DNA of 64,000 bases from positions 2,108 through 66,107 of the forward strand of contig JAGQVF010000025.1 in NCBI GenBank assembly GCA_020438135.1, in the 5' to 3' direction. Below, one piece after another: positions 46,004 through 56,404 of the stretch. The DNA is from Bacteroidales bacterium (lineage in GTDB: Bacteria > Bacteroidota > Bacteroidia > Bacteroidales > JAADJA01). A program made the translations under genes and the position numbers. Below the pieces are notes generated by a model. That model did not search any database. It was not told the DNA's origin and saw nothing but the letters and a program-made list of their open reading frames with translations. The first letter of the stretch is position 1; each line of letters opens with the position of its first letter.

Positions 46004-47419
46004 ATGAATAAAACTTTACAGGTTGCCAAATACGTTTTCGCGGATCTTCTTGCAGCTGCCATTGCCTGGTCGCTGTTTTTTACCTATCGGAAATATGTAG
46101 TTGATCCTTACGTGTTCAGCAATTTACAGCTTATTTATGCTGATGAAAAGCTGTATTTGGGAATTGCTGTTATCCCGTTATTTTGGTTAACCCTGTATAT
46201 CATCGTTGGAACCTACCGGAAAATATACCGGAAATCAAGGTTAAAAGAACTTAGTCAAACCCTTTCGATAACTTTTATCGGGGTCATTTTTATCTTCTTT
46301 TCAATCATTCTTGATGATATTTATATCACCTATAAATCATACCTTCAATCATTTCTGGTGTTGTTTGTTCTCCATTTTTTCTTTACCTATGGATTCCGGT
46401 TATTGATTACTACCAACACCATTCACCGAATTCATAAACGGATTATTGGTTTTCCGAGCATCATTATCGGAAGCAATGGCAATGCTGTTGACATTTATAA
46501 GGAAATCCAGGGCGAGAAGGTGTCATCAGGAAATAAGTTTGTCGGATTCGTTAATGCAAAGCAATATGATGCTTATCGCATGTCGGAGTTCTTGCCTCAT
46601 TTGGGGCATATTGATGATTTGAAAAAGATCATAGGTGAGCATAAGATCGAAGAAGTTATTATTGCCATCGAACGATCGGAGCAGGCGAATATTGAACATA
46701 TCATTTCACAACTCGAAGATTCGGAAGTTGTGATTAAGATGATCCCGAATTTGCAGGATTTTCTTACAGGCGCAGTTAGAACAGAAGGTATCTGGCATGC
46801 ACCACTTGTAAAAATTTCTCCTGATCTGATGCCTGCCTGGCAGATGTCGCTTAAGCGTATTATTGATATTGTGATTTCCGCAATCAGCATGCTTCTTTTG
46901 CTGCCTGTTTATATTGCTGTATCGATTGGAGTAAAAATGTCATCGAAGGGCCCTGTTATTTACAAACAGGAGCGGGTTGGCCTGCACGGGAAACCTTTTA
47001 ATATGTATAAATTTCGCTCGATGTATAACGATGCAGAGAGGGGAACACCCAAGCTCTCTTCCTCATCAGACGACCGCATAACACCCTTTGGTAAATTCTT
47101 ACGTAAGGTCAGGCTCGATGAAATACCCCAGTTTTATTCCGTGTTCAAAGGTGATATGTCGTTGGTGGGGCCCAGACCTGAAAGACAGTTTTTTATCGAC
47201 CAGATCGTACAACGTGCACCTCATTACCGTTTGCTTCATAAAGTTAAACCGGGTATTACTTCCTGGGGGCAGGTGAAATTCGGATATGCCAGCAATGTTG
47301 ATGAGATGATCCAGAGATTGAAATACGACATTCTTTATATCGAAAACATGTCGCTTGCAATGGATCTGAAAATTATGATCTATACAATTATGATTGTTGT
47401 GCAGGGAAGGGGCAAATAA
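46004..47419 (+). CDS. Polyprenyl-phosphate glycosyl-1-phosphate transferase (WbaP/EpsB-type bacterial sugar transferase)
   Basis: There are N-terminal TM helices. The C-terminus KRIIDIV.S...LLLP...KQERVG..GKPF..YKFRSM...DDRITPFG.FLRK..LDE.PQ..V.KG.MS.VGPRP is the Bac_transf signature. Confidence 0.88.
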   Translation: MNKTLQVAKYVFADLLAAAIAWSLFFTYRKYVVDPYVFSNLQLIYADEKLYLGIAVIPLFWLTLYIIVGTYRKIYRKSRLKELSQTLSITFIGVIFIFFSIILDDIYITYKSYLQSFLVLFVLHFFFTYGFRLLITTNTIHRIHKRIIGFPSIIIGSNGNAVDIYKEIQGEKVSSGNKFVGFVNAKQYDAYRMSEFLPHLGHIDDLKKIIGEHKIEEVIIAIERSEQANIEHIISQLEDSEVVIKMIPNLQDFLTGAVRTEGIWHAPLVKISPDLMPAWQMSLKRIIDIVISAISMLLLLPVYIAVSIGVKMSSKGPVIYKQERVGLHGKPFNMYKFRSMYNDAERGTPKLSSSSDDRITPFGKFLRKVRLDEIPQFYSVFKGDMSLVGPRPERQFFIDQIVQRAPHYRLLHKVKPGITSWGQVKFGYASNVDEMIQRLKYDILYIENMSLAMDLKIMIYTIMIVVQGRGK

Positions 47420-47431
47420 TACTGTTTCCGG

Positions 47432-48013
47432 CTAAATTTCTCCGTTTTCGATCATCACCACAATCTCTTCTATATCACGGTCTTCACCTTCCGGATCATA
47501 TTCAGTTTTTAAATTATAACCGAACAAACGGGCAAAAGTCTGCCAGAAAAAAGCCATAAATTTTCCACGTAGTTCCTGGATAAGTACATACGATGAATTT
47601 CCGGTTTCGCGATCAACAAGTTTAATGAGAATAATACCCTGGGTAAAGGTAAGTTTTTTAATATCGTCTTCAAATTCATCTCTGAGCTGCTGTTCAGCTT
47701 CTTTCATGATTTCACGACGCTCGGCATCGTTTTTGGCGTTTTTCAGAATATCCTCATATTCATTCAGCTTGATACCAGCAAGTTTAGCATACGGATATAC
47801 CTTCTTAACATTGTATACCAGCTTATTGTGCCGTTTTGCAAGTACGCGTAGTTTTCGTGGCAAACGTGAATTGACTGTGTATTCAGGTAAACTGGCTATA
47901 ATAATTGTATCCGAATCGATGATTTTAGCAATTGCTATCCGCTGCTCCTGACCTTTACCCGGATCAGGAATTATAAAAAGGGAAAATAATATGAAGAAGA
48001 AAGCAAGCCGCAT
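47432..48013 (-). CDS. Secreted DUF4294-like protein
   Basis: 193 aa with a signal peptide. The block VKKVYPYAKLAG...L..EFEDDIKKLTFTQGIILIKLVDRETG matches my recollection of DUF4294. Confidence 0.55.
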   Translation of the reverse strand: MRLAFFFILFSLFIIPDPGKGQEQRIAIAKIIDSDTIIIASLPEYTVNSRLPRKLRVLAKRHNKLVYNVKKVYPYAKLAGIKLNEYEDILKNAKNDAERREIMKEAEQQLRDEFEDDIKKLTFTQGIILIKLVDRETGNSSYVLIQELRGKFMAFFWQTFARLFGYNLKTEYDPEGEDRDIEEIVVMIENGEI

Positions 48014-48092
48014 ATCGATTTTTGCCGAAAATTGACAATTATTATGCCAACGAAAAAAACTTCCTCAGGATTATTTAACGCCCAGAAATTTA

Positions 48093-49331
48093 TCAGGCCA
48101 CCTTCAGTTTGGCGATACTGGTCTTCCTGAATTTGTCTTCAGCATAATCAGGTGTAACAACCAGCTCTCTGGCAGATTTGTCTCCCGGAAGCTCGAACAT
48201 GGCATCTGTAAGGATACCTTCAACGATCGACCTGAGACCACGGGCACCCAATTTAAATTCTACCGACATGTCCACGATAAAATCCAACACTTTATCTTCG
48301 AAAACAAGTTTAATCCCATCCATTTCGAACAGTTTTGTGTACTGTTTGATCAAACTGTTTTTAGGCTCCGTAAGAATTTTTCTAAGCGTATCTTTTTTAA
48401 GCGGATGTAAAAATGTAACAACCGGCATTCTTCCGACAATTTCCGGTATCAACCCGAATTTTTTAATATCCGGAGGGGATACATATTGCAAAATATTATC
48501 CTTGTCAATCTCTTCCAGGGCTTTGTTATAAGAATATCCAATCACATTAGTCCGCATACGCGAAGCGATCAACTTGTCAATTCCATCGAAGGCTCCACCT
48601 GCAACGAAAAGAATGTTTTTGGTGTCGATCTGGATCATTTTCTGTTCGGGATGTTTCCTGCCGCCCTGTGGTGGAACATTAACAACCGAACCTTCCAGTA
48701 ATTTTAGTAATGCCTGCTGAACCCCTTCACCCGAAACATCGCGGGTAATACTCGGATTATCACTTTTTCGTGAAATTTTATCAATTTCATCTATAAAAAC
48801 AATCCCTTTTTCAGCGGCGGCTACATTATAATCGGCAACCTGGAGCAAACGGCTTAAAATGCTCTCTACATCTTCGCCAACATATCCGGCTTCGGTTAAA
48901 ACGGTTGCATCAGCAATACAAAACGGAACTTTCAGCATCTTTGCAATGGTTCTTGCCAGCAATGTTTTTCCGGTTCCCGTTTCACCTACCATGATGATGT
49001 TTGCCTTTTCGATTTCCACATCATCGTCATCATGCCGTTTCTCGGGTTGAGTTATTCTTTTATAATGATTGTAAACTGCAACGGCAAGCACTACCTTGGC
49101 CTCGTCCTGTCCGATCACATATTGGTCGAGGTATTGCTTGATTTCCGAAGGTTTTTGAAGTTTGATCTTGTTAAACTGCCCTTTCGATTTTGTGGATATT
49201 TCTTCATCAATTATATGCTGTGCCTGCACAACACAATAATCACAAATATGCGCATCAAGTCCTGCTATCAACACATTTGTTTGTGTCTTTTCTCTTCCAC
49301 AAAACGAACAGCGTTCTAGTTTTTTAACCAT
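48093..49331 (-). CDS. clpX: ATP-dependent Clp protease ATP-binding subunit ClpX
   Basis: The N-terminal zinc ribbon is CSFCGR...C..C. Walker A is GETGTGKT, Walker B is IVFIDEIDK, and the pore loop is GYVGEDV. Confidence 0.95.
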   Translation of the reverse strand: MVKKLERCSFCGREKTQTNVLIAGLDAHICDYCVVQAQHIIDEEISTKSKGQFNKIKLQKPSEIKQYLDQYVIGQDEAKVVLAVAVYNHYKRITQPEKRHDDDDVEIEKANIIMVGETGTGKTLLARTIAKMLKVPFCIADATVLTEAGYVGEDVESILSRLLQVADYNVAAAEKGIVFIDEIDKISRKSDNPSITRDVSGEGVQQALLKLLEGSVVNVPPQGGRKHPEQKMIQIDTKNILFVAGGAFDGIDKLIASRMRTNVIGYSYNKALEEIDKDNILQYVSPPDIKKFGLIPEIVGRMPVVTFLHPLKKDTLRKILTEPKNSLIKQYTKLFEMDGIKLVFEDKVLDFIVDMSVEFKLGARGLRSIVEGILTDAMFELPGDKSARELVVTPDYAEDKFRKTSIAKLKVA

Positions 49332-49366
49332 ATTTTAAAGTTGTCTTAGTAAAAAGGAGGTAATTT

Positions 49367-50056
49367 TTAGGAACCCTCTTTGTCAGTCGAACGAATAAGT
49401 ACTTCGTCGATCATTCCATAATCTTTTGCTTCCTCAGCTGTCATCCAAAAGTCGCGATCACCATCTTTCCATATTTTTTTATAGGATTGGGCGCTGTGTT
49501 TTGCAATAATCTCGTACAGTTCTTTTTTAAGTTTTTGAATTTCGCGGGCTGTGATCTCGATGTCAGAAGCCTGACCCTGAGCACCACCCATCGGTTGATG
49601 GATCAGGATACGAGAGTGGGGCAGGGCTGTTCTTTTACCTTTTTCACCTGCACAAAGTAAAACAGCTCCCATTGATGCTGCAACACCTGTGCAAATTGTG
49701 GCTACATGAGGCCGGATGTACTGCATGGTATCATAAATTCCAAGCCCCGCATAAACGCCGCCTCCGGGTGTATTCAGATAAATCTGGATGTCCTTGCGTG
49801 CATCTACGGACTCCAGGAAAAGTAACTGGGCCTGTATGATATTTGCAACATAGTCATCGATAGGTACTCCGAGAAAGATGATCCTGTCCATCATCAATCT
49901 TGAAAACACATCCATTGTGGCAATGTTAAGCTGCCGTTCTTCGATAATGGTCGGACTGATATAATTCGAAGCAACCGATTCGTATTTTCTGAGGGTCGTA
50001 CTGCTGATTCCTCTGTGTTTAACTGCATATTTATGAAATTCGTTATTCATGTTCAT
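49367..50056 (-). CDS. clpP: ATP-dependent Clp protease proteolytic subunit ClpP
   Basis: RIIFLG, the catalytic Ser in GVAASMGA, and IHQPMGG are present. The start overlaps the tig stop. Confidence 0.95.
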   Translation of the reverse strand: MNMNNEFHKYAVKHRGISSTTLRKYESVASNYISPTIIEERQLNIATMDVFSRLMMDRIIFLGVPIDDYVANIIQAQLLFLESVDARKDIQIYLNTPGGGVYAGLGIYDTMQYIRPHVATICTGVAASMGAVLLCAGEKGKRTALPHSRILIHQPMGGAQGQASDIEITAREIQKLKKELYEIIAKHSAQSYKKIWKDGDRDFWMTAEEAKDYGMIDEVLIRSTDKEGS

Positions 50057-51419
50057 GGTGATGATGTTTGTGATGTTCGTTTACTTTTTTAATAAAATCG
50101 TCGTAACTTACAGAAATGTGGTTTAGCTTGATCTTCGATTTAAAAACCTCCCTGATCTGTTCGTCGTAGAGTTGGTCGTAGATCTTGTTCACCTCTTCCT
50201 GGTTTTGCATGTATGATTCAGCAATGGTATCCAATTGTTTGGTTTTATCTTCATCTTCCATTCCTCCGAAATAATACCGGCTGAAAGTTTTTTTAATATG
50301 ATCCTTGATGTCTTCGCGTTCAACTTTGATGTTGTTGTCTTTTGCCAATTTGCTAATCAAAACCTGTTGTTTAAGCGATTTTGAGTAGGTGTCGTAGTTA
50401 TTTTCGATTTCTTCAAGGCTCTTTTCCTGATCAGCTTCAGCTAACCAGCGTTTTACAAATTCATCAGGAAGATTGATCTCTGTTTCATGAAGGAGTTTTT
50501 CGATTACCTCATGTACAAAAAAGTTATCACTTTCTTTCTGAAAATATTGATTTGATTCTCCGCGAAGTTTATTCCTGAATTCTGCCTCGGTTTTCACATC
50601 GTCGTTCGGATACACCTGTTTATAAAAATCTTCATTCAAGGTGGCCGGTTCCATTCGTGTGATTTCCGAAATAGTAAACTTATAATCCGATTCAAGTTTT
50701 TCGCGTTCATCCGCTTTAATAGCGAGCATATGCGTTACTTCATGTTCGTTACCGGTAGCTTTCAGGGGATTGAACTTTATTTCGTCGCCTGCAGAACTAC
50801 CAATAAACTCCTTTTGAACGTTTTCATCCTTGATAAAATCAATTGAAAGTGAAGTCGTATTTTTTACGCCATCTTCCAATAAATTTCCTTCTGCATCAAT
50901 CTGTTCTATCTCTCCTTTTATAACATCACCTTTTTGCGCTGTTTCAGGATTTACCGGGTTGCCATAACGCTTACGTGTATCTTCAACATAGCCGTCAATT
51001 TTATCTTCTTCAACTTCGATATCGTAATAATCCATCGTTACTTCTTCCAAATTTAAATCGATTTCAGGAGTTAACCCAATATCAAAATAAAAGGTAAAAT
51101 CAGTATCATTCTCAAAATCGAGACTTGTTGTTTTCTCCATGTTGGCAATGGGATAGCCCAAAATGTCAAGCTTTTCATCCCTGATATAATTGTTAAGCTT
51201 ATCGGAAATCAATTTATTGACCTCTTCAGCTTTCGCACTTTTTTCATACATCTTTTTAACCAGTCCGAAGGGGACCTTGCCTGGTCTGAAACCTTTTAAG
51301 CTGGTCTTCTTTTGCAGTTCCCGTAATGATTTTTCAACTTGTTCACCGTAATCCTGATCAGCTACTTCAATTTTAATTGTTGCCGATAAATCTCCGGTGC
51401 TTTCCTTGCTAATATTCAT
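50043..51419 (-). CDS. tig: Trigger factor with a His-rich C-terminal tail
   Basis: The ribosome-binding motif GFRPGKVP is present and the three-domain length fits. The protein ends NEHHKHHHHEHE. Confidence 0.9.
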   Translation of the reverse strand: MNISKESTGDLSATIKIEVADQDYGEQVEKSLRELQKKTSLKGFRPGKVPFGLVKKMYEKSAKAEEVNKLISDKLNNYIRDEKLDILGYPIANMEKTTSLDFENDTDFTFYFDIGLTPEIDLNLEEVTMDYYDIEVEEDKIDGYVEDTRKRYGNPVNPETAQKGDVIKGEIEQIDAEGNLLEDGVKNTTSLSIDFIKDENVQKEFIGSSAGDEIKFNPLKATGNEHEVTHMLAIKADEREKLESDYKFTISEITRMEPATLNEDFYKQVYPNDDVKTEAEFRNKLRGESNQYFQKESDNFFVHEVIEKLLHETEINLPDEFVKRWLAEADQEKSLEEIENNYDTYSKSLKQQVLISKLAKDNNIKVEREDIKDHIKKTFSRYYFGGMEDEDKTKQLDTIAESYMQNQEEVNKIYDQLYDEQIREVFKSKIKLNHISVSYDDFIKKVNEHHKHHHHEHE

Positions 51420-51446
51420 GCGTTTATCATTTTAATTTTAGGGGTG

Positions 51447-51454
51447 CAAAATTA
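51447..51454 (-). promoter_or_regulatory. -7 promoter box (TAATTTTG on the minus strand) for tig
   Basis: CAAAATTA lies 28 nt upstream of the 51419 start. Confidence 0.4.
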
Positions 51455-51675
51455 GTTATTTATTGTGGAACCAAACCAAAATCTAAAAACAAATTGAATT
51501 GAGAAAAAGTTGCATTGATAGATATCTCAGGTATTTGTATAAAAAGAAAAACTCCCCCCGGAATCAATATGTACCAAAGGGAGCATTTGTTTGTACGGAT
51601 AGAGGAATTTCCCGAATTTACTTCACTATGCCTATTCCTGCCCGGGATAAACTTCACGTCCTCTTCTCTACTTTG

Positions 51676-51757
51676 TGCGGATGGAGGGACTCGAACCCAC
51701 ACGCCTCGCGGCACCAGATCCTAAGTCTGGCGCGTCTACCAATTTCGCCACATCCGC
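51676..51757 (-). tRNA. tRNA-Leu (anticodon TAG)
   Basis: The minus-strand sequence is GCGGATGTGGCGAAATTGGTAGACGCGCCAGACTTAGGATCTGGTGCCGCGAGGCGTGTGGGTTCGAGTCCCTCCATCCGCA. The acceptor stem is 7 bp, the anticodon stem-loop is CCAGA-CTTAGGA-TCTGG, there is a long variable arm, and the T-loop is GGTTCGAGTCC. The total is 82 nt with no encoded CCA. Confidence 0.92.
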
Positions 51758-51768
51758 AAAAGTGGCTG

Positions 51769-51776
51769 CAAAAATA
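51769..51776 (-). promoter_or_regulatory. -7 promoter box (TATTTTTG on the minus strand) for tRNA-Leu
   Basis: CAAAAATA lies 12 nt upstream of the mature tRNA 5' end. Confidence 0.45.
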
Positions 51777-51856
51777 GATAAATTTCGATTTGTGCCAAGC
51801 CGAAATCAATGATCATCAATTTTTTCTTTGATTTGGATTATAGTAAAAGGAATATA

Positions 51857-51864
51857 TAACTTTG
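51857..51864 (+). promoter_or_regulatory. -7 promoter box TAACTTTG
   Basis: It lies 35 nt upstream of the 51899 ATG. Confidence 0.35.
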
Positions 51865-51898
51865 TCGTTCGCTATATGAACATTCAAAAACAAATACT

Positions 51899-52621
51899 AT
51901 GAAAAAAGTTGTGATCATTATGCTGATGCTCGCGGTGGGATTAACAGCCACCATATCAGTGGCTCAGGAATCAGGATACTACATTAAAGATAACAGGAAA
52001 TGGGTGGATATAGGTTTTTATGAAGATGGCAAAAAAGACGGCTCCTGGATGCAAACCGACAACGATGGAAATATCAATTTTGTTGAATCTTTTAAAGATG
52101 GTATCCGGCATGGTGTTTTCCTTACCTTTGATAAAAAGGGCGACCTTATCAAACAGGATTTTTATAATGAGGGCAAACTGCAGGGCTGGTCAATTGAATA
52201 TTACTCCGCCAACAAACCTAAACAAAAGGCATTTTACAGCAATGGTGTCAGAAGCGGTAAAACCATCCAGTATTATGAAAACGGCTACGTTATGGAGGAG
52301 TCTACTTATAAGAACGGGTTGAAAAACGGAACCACAAAGTGGTATGACGATAAACGGAAATTGATTGCTCAGTACGAATACAGCGATGATCAATTCAACG
52401 GGACTAACTATTACTTTTTTGATAATGGCAATGTAAAAACGGTGGAGAACTATAGCGATAATATCCTCGACGGACAGTTTGAAGAGTATTACCCAACGGG
52501 TAAGAAAAAAACAGATGGTAACTACAGTAAGGGAGAAAAACATGGTCGATGGCTGGAATATAATCCTGATGGTTCGGTGGCTTCGGATATCACCTATAAC
52601 ATGGGCGAACCAACCAAATAA
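51899..52621 (+). CDS. Secreted MORN-variant repeat protein (YwqK-like repeats)
   Basis: The signal peptide is followed by about 8 repeats of the pattern Y..G.K.G....Y..NG. Confidence 0.7.
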   Translation: MKKVVIIMLMLAVGLTATISVAQESGYYIKDNRKWVDIGFYEDGKKDGSWMQTDNDGNINFVESFKDGIRHGVFLTFDKKGDLIKQDFYNEGKLQGWSIEYYSANKPKQKAFYSNGVRSGKTIQYYENGYVMEESTYKNGLKNGTTKWYDDKRKLIAQYEYSDDQFNGTNYYFFDNGNVKTVENYSDNILDGQFEEYYPTGKKKTDGNYSKGEKHGRWLEYNPDGSVASDITYNMGEPTK

Positions 52622-52630
52622 CAATCAGTA

Positions 52631-53149
52631 ATGCGTGAAATAAATAACCCATACACAACCCTCGATGGTTACAATTGTTTCGGATGCTCGCCCAACAATT
52701 CTATAGGACTTCAACTTCGTTTTTTTGAGGATGGTGAATACGTCAGGTCAGAATGGTTACCCAAACCCCATTTAAGTGGATATAAAAACATCTTACATGG
52801 CGGAATACAGGCAACATTACTCGATGAAATTGCCAGTTGGACGGTTCAGGTAAAGCTCAGAACGGCAGGTGTTACTGCCAACCTGGATTTACGTTACAAG
52901 AAGCCCGTTTATGTTGATCAGGGTAAAATATTTCTTCAGGCAAGGGTGAAATCAGTTGAAAGAAATATTGCCCATGTTGAGGTTGAATTGTTAAACGATA
53001 ACAGGGAAATATGTTGTTTGGGCATGATTAAATATTTCACCTATCCTCAGGAGGTTGCCCGGACAAAATTGTATTATCCCGAATTTGGCAAATTCTTTAC
53101 AGATTCTGATAAAACCAGTGGAACCGACTGTCAAAATCACCCAAAGTAA
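52631..53149 (+). CDS. PaaI-family hotdog-fold thioesterase
   Basis: The N-terminal CFGCSPNN and the block HGG..A.LLDE...W are typical of this family. Confidence 0.75.
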   Translation: MREINNPYTTLDGYNCFGCSPNNSIGLQLRFFEDGEYVRSEWLPKPHLSGYKNILHGGIQATLLDEIASWTVQVKLRTAGVTANLDLRYKKPVYVDQGKIFLQARVKSVERNIAHVEVELLNDNREICCLGMIKYFTYPQEVARTKLYYPEFGKFFTDSDKTSGTDCQNHPK

Positions 53150-53182
53150 ATATTTGTAATTTTACAACCAAAATTAATTCAC

Positions 53183-53416
53183 ATGGAAAAAGTGCTGGTT
53201 GCCCGGGCTGCCGGGGTAATTGATTTTTATTTGATACAAAATATTGATCACAAATACGTTTTAAAAACCGGTGCGGATCAGGTTAATAAGCATTTTATTC
53301 TTCAACAGAAATATACCTGCCTGTCATCAACAGCTGTTTACTTTTCTAAGATTGAGGAACTTAGAGGACGCAAAAAATTGCCGACAAAAGGTATAGATCG
53401 TTTAAAACCAAACTGA
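53183..53416 (+). CDS. Questionable small ORF (77 aa)
   Basis: It is only an open frame in a 280-bp gap, with no motif support. Confidence 0.2.
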   Translation: MEKVLVARAAGVIDFYLIQNIDHKYVLKTGADQVNKHFILQQKYTCLSSTAVYFSKIEELRGRKKLPTKGIDRLKPN

Positions 53417-53431
53417 CCCTAAAACCCGGAT

Positions 53432-55051
53432 ATGAAAATTGCTCCTGAGAACAAACCCTACCTTTTTTTCCTGGTTTCTATGTTGCTTGCATTACCGGCA
53501 TTTCTTATAAACCTTGGTTTGTCGCCTGTGATCGATGACGAAGCGATCAGGGCACTCGTAGCTTTTGAAATGATCCAAAAAAGCGACTTTATCACACCCA
53601 CAATTGGGGGTGAAATATACCTGAAAAAACCACCCCTGTTCAATTGGCTCATTGCTGCATCGTTTAACACTTTTAGAAGTTATGGTGAAATTCCTGTTCG
53701 GATTCCGATGATCATTTCTTTATTTTTTTACAGCTTTTTGATTTTCTACTTTTTCAGGAAGGAAATAGGCAAAGAACACGGCATTTTAAGTGCATTGATG
53801 TTTTTAACATGTGGAAGAATAATCATTTATGAATCGCTGCACGGGCTTATCGATATTTCATTTTCCATGTTAACTTTCCTGTTTTTTATGATGATATACA
53901 GGAGTTTTAACCAGGGTAAAATTCTGAAATTGTTTTTGTGGGCATATGGTATCACTGCTATTGCATTTTTGTTAAAAGGATTGCCCTCTGTTGTATTTCT
54001 GGTAATTTCACTACTGGTTTTATTTATCTGGCAGAAAAAATTCAGGTTTTTGCTTCACTGGCGACATTTTGCAGGGATCGGCCTCTTCGTTATCATTATC
54101 GGGGCTTATTATCTTACTTATTTTATCGCAAACGATGTTGAACCTGCAGATATGGTCAATGTTTTGATCGGAGAAACCACAAGACGTACAGCAATACGTT
54201 TTGGCATTTGGAAAACCATTTTACATCTCTTTACTTTCCCATTTGAGATGCTTTACCATTTCCTTCCATGGAGTTTACTTGTTGTATTCCTTTTCCGTAA
54301 AGATCTGTTTAAAAAGATCAGATCGAACCTGTTTATTACTTACATTTCTTTGATCCTTATTTTTAACATTTTGGTTTACTGGTCATCACCCGAAGTTTAT
54401 CCGAGGTATATTCTGATGCTTGTTCCTCTTTTATTCGGAATTGCGTTATGGTTTTACATCGATCAGAAAAAAGAGGGGTCGGGATTAGTCAAAACATTTG
54501 AAATTGTTCTGGGCTCACTTATCACTTTAATGATTCCCGCACCGCTTATCATATTTTTCACCGGAATGAAGGATCTTATTCCGGGGGTTATGATATATGC
54601 TCCTTTGTTATCAATTGTTTTGATGGTGGTTGCCATTTATTTCTGGAAAAAGCCTCAGCTCAGGCTATATTGGGTTGTCATTGCTTTATTGTTGCTAAGG
54701 ATTGGATTTGACCTTTTCGTTCTACCAGTGCGGCACAGCGGATCGGACGAGTCGAATGCAAAAAAACTGGCTGAAGAGATAGTAAAGAAAACAAAAGATT
54801 CGGACCTCTGTTTCTGGTGGAATCCCGAACTCGAAGCCACCGGATATTACGGAAGGCAAATTACAACCTACCGTTTTAATTATTATCTGAATATCAAAAA
54901 GGAAGAGGTCGTTCAAATCACATCCGACAGAGATAAGGATACTTATTACATTAGTCAGTATTGGGCTGTGAAAGATGAAAACATAAACGAGTTGATGCGC
55001 TTTCAGCCCCCGGGTCATAATTCTCCCCTGGTACTATATAAATTCCGGTAA
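53432..55051 (+). CDS. GT-C fold glycosyltransferase (family 39 / ArnT-like)
   Basis: 539 aa with about 12 TM helices. The first periplasmic loop has DDEA and KKPPLFNW, as in ArnT/PMT-type enzymes. Confidence 0.8.
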   Translation: MKIAPENKPYLFFLVSMLLALPAFLINLGLSPVIDDEAIRALVAFEMIQKSDFITPTIGGEIYLKKPPLFNWLIAASFNTFRSYGEIPVRIPMIISLFFYSFLIFYFFRKEIGKEHGILSALMFLTCGRIIIYESLHGLIDISFSMLTFLFFMMIYRSFNQGKILKLFLWAYGITAIAFLLKGLPSVVFLVISLLVLFIWQKKFRFLLHWRHFAGIGLFVIIIGAYYLTYFIANDVEPADMVNVLIGETTRRTAIRFGIWKTILHLFTFPFEMLYHFLPWSLLVVFLFRKDLFKKIRSNLFITYISLILIFNILVYWSSPEVYPRYILMLVPLLFGIALWFYIDQKKEGSGLVKTFEIVLGSLITLMIPAPLIIFFTGMKDLIPGVMIYAPLLSIVLMVVAIYFWKKPQLRLYWVVIALLLLRIGFDLFVLPVRHSGSDESNAKKLAEEIVKKTKDSDLCFWWNPELEATGYYGRQITTYRFNYYLNIKKEEVVQITSDRDKDTYYISQYWAVKDENINELMRFQPPGHNSPLVLYKFR

Positions 55052-55053
55052 AA

Positions 55054-56229
55054 TTATTCTACCAAAAGCGTTTTAACGGTTCCGGTATTTTTGTGGAACT
55101 GAACTGACGTTACCGTAGGAGGAAGGAAGGTAACCAGCCCCAATTGGCCAATGGGCAAGAGGTTTTCGCTGATGAGACCATTGCCGGCATCAAACCCGAC
55201 TTTTACTGTTTGAGGAATTCTGTAAAAAAAACCTTTTTCAGCACCGGCTGATTGATTTTTTGAATCCACCACCTGTTTAAGCGCTGTGAAAGTGCCGGTG
55301 TTTTCAATCTTGAGGAAAAGCTGTTCGCCTCCCGCAGATCCTGTTTTTTTGATCCCGCTGCTTTCAGAAAATACGCAAACCGGAACCCTGCTCTCTTCAT
55401 TCTCAATAACCGGATCAACATAAAAGGTGTACTTGAAGGTTTTGCGGACTGCGATTCCGGTAAAAAGTGAGAGGTACTCTTGTTCGGTTTTCTGAAGTTC
55501 CTTATCCATGTAAGCAATGGTTCCGGCAGGATAAGGAATTTCCTGGTAGCCGGTTAGCAGGTTTAGTCTTGCTTCGCGGATACGCTCAATTTTATTGGCT
55601 GCATCAATCGCTTTTTGTTCTGTGCTTTTTTCGACCCATTTACGGTCAAGATAGCTTTTTTCGATAGTTGCTGTGTCAACAACCACCATGCGAACAATTG
55701 TATCGATCTGTTCGACAAGATTGGTTTCAGCAAAATAGCGGAAAATATCTTTGGTTGATGGATCGTAATCATACATCATTCTTGAAAAACTGTTCTGTAA
55801 GCCTTTCGGGAGATTGCCCTGTAAATCTGTAATCAGTCCAGCATCAGAGAGAGAAATCATCAGCGAACGTTCCTCTTTAGTGAGTTTATCTGTCATCTCA
55901 ACAAAATATACCTGTTCGGGATCAGGAACGGAAAAACTGCTTAGTGCAACTCCCGTGATCAGATATTCTTCGTCGTTATCAGTTCCTACATCCTGAAGAT
56001 CGAGATATTTAGAAGCGTATTCAGCATAAGGTCCTGCAATATATTCCGTTTTTAAAACCTCAATATCAACCTGTATCAGAGTATAAGGTAAAGTATAAAA
56101 AAATCCTTGTTTGGTACTAACATCAAGTCCGTTTGCAACATGCTTTACATTGATCTGCGCATGTGATACCTGAAGAATAGAGATCAAAAGAAGTATAATT
56201 GTGAAGTATGCTGATTGCTTTAATTTCAT
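55054..56229 (-). CDS. Secreted hypothetical protein (possibly DUF4831-like)
   Basis: 391 aa. The signal peptide ends VSHAQ. The family assignment is from memory only. Confidence 0.5.
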   Translation of the reverse strand: MKLKQSAYFTIILLLISILQVSHAQINVKHVANGLDVSTKQGFFYTLPYTLIQVDIEVLKTEYIAGPYAEYASKYLDLQDVGTDNDEEYLITGVALSSFSVPDPEQVYFVEMTDKLTKEERSLMISLSDAGLITDLQGNLPKGLQNSFSRMMYDYDPSTKDIFRYFAETNLVEQIDTIVRMVVVDTATIEKSYLDRKWVEKSTEQKAIDAANKIERIREARLNLLTGYQEIPYPAGTIAYMDKELQKTEQEYLSLFTGIAVRKTFKYTFYVDPVIENEESRVPVCVFSESSGIKKTGSAGGEQLFLKIENTGTFTALKQVVDSKNQSAGAEKGFFYRIPQTVKVGFDAGNGLISENLLPIGQLGLVTFLPPTVTSVQFHKNTGTVKTLLVE

Positions 56230-56404
56230 TTGTTTGCTTTGAAATTTGTTTCAAAAATAATTTAAATTGCTGAATTGTTTAAAAAAACGCTACCGGTTTA
56301 TTAAATCTCAAATAAGTTAAAGAATGGTGTTCATAAATGTATTAACAAAATATTCTTTTAGCGAAACTGGTTGTTTATCTTTTCGGTATTATTGTTCGGT
56401 TAAT

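Noticed and set aside
50043-50075. The His-rich end of tig was considered as a cloning-vector His-tag artefact.
   Set aside because: The sequence HHKHHHHEHE is interrupted by Lys and Glu. It uses mixed CAT/CAC codons and overlaps the native clpP start, so it is not a synthetic 6xHis tag.
51455-51675. A 220-bp spacer downstream of tRNA-Leu, considered as a possible ncRNA or terminator (CTCCC...GGGAG followed by a T-run on the minus strand).
   Set aside because: The stem is only 5 bp with a roughly 23-nt loop, which is too weak to call. I recognised no other structure.
51460-51777. ORFs of 69-92 aa overlapping the tRNA region.
   Set aside because: They overlap a well-formed tRNA-Leu and its promoter, and there is no coding evidence.
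51899-52621. The MORN/YwqK-like protein is often auto-annotated as an antitoxin, which raised the possibility of a toxin-antitoxin or defence module.
   Set aside because: It has a signal peptide and no adjacent toxin-like gene, and it is flanked by a tRNA and a thioesterase. The repeat fold alone does not imply a TA system.
53183-53440. The small ORF 53183..53416 is in the same frame as the GT39 gene and ends in TGA. This raised the possibility of selenocysteine or read-through, given selD in the window.
   Set aside because: A TAA follows two codons after the TGA in the same frame, so read-through cannot join the ORFs. No SECIS-like hairpin was seen.
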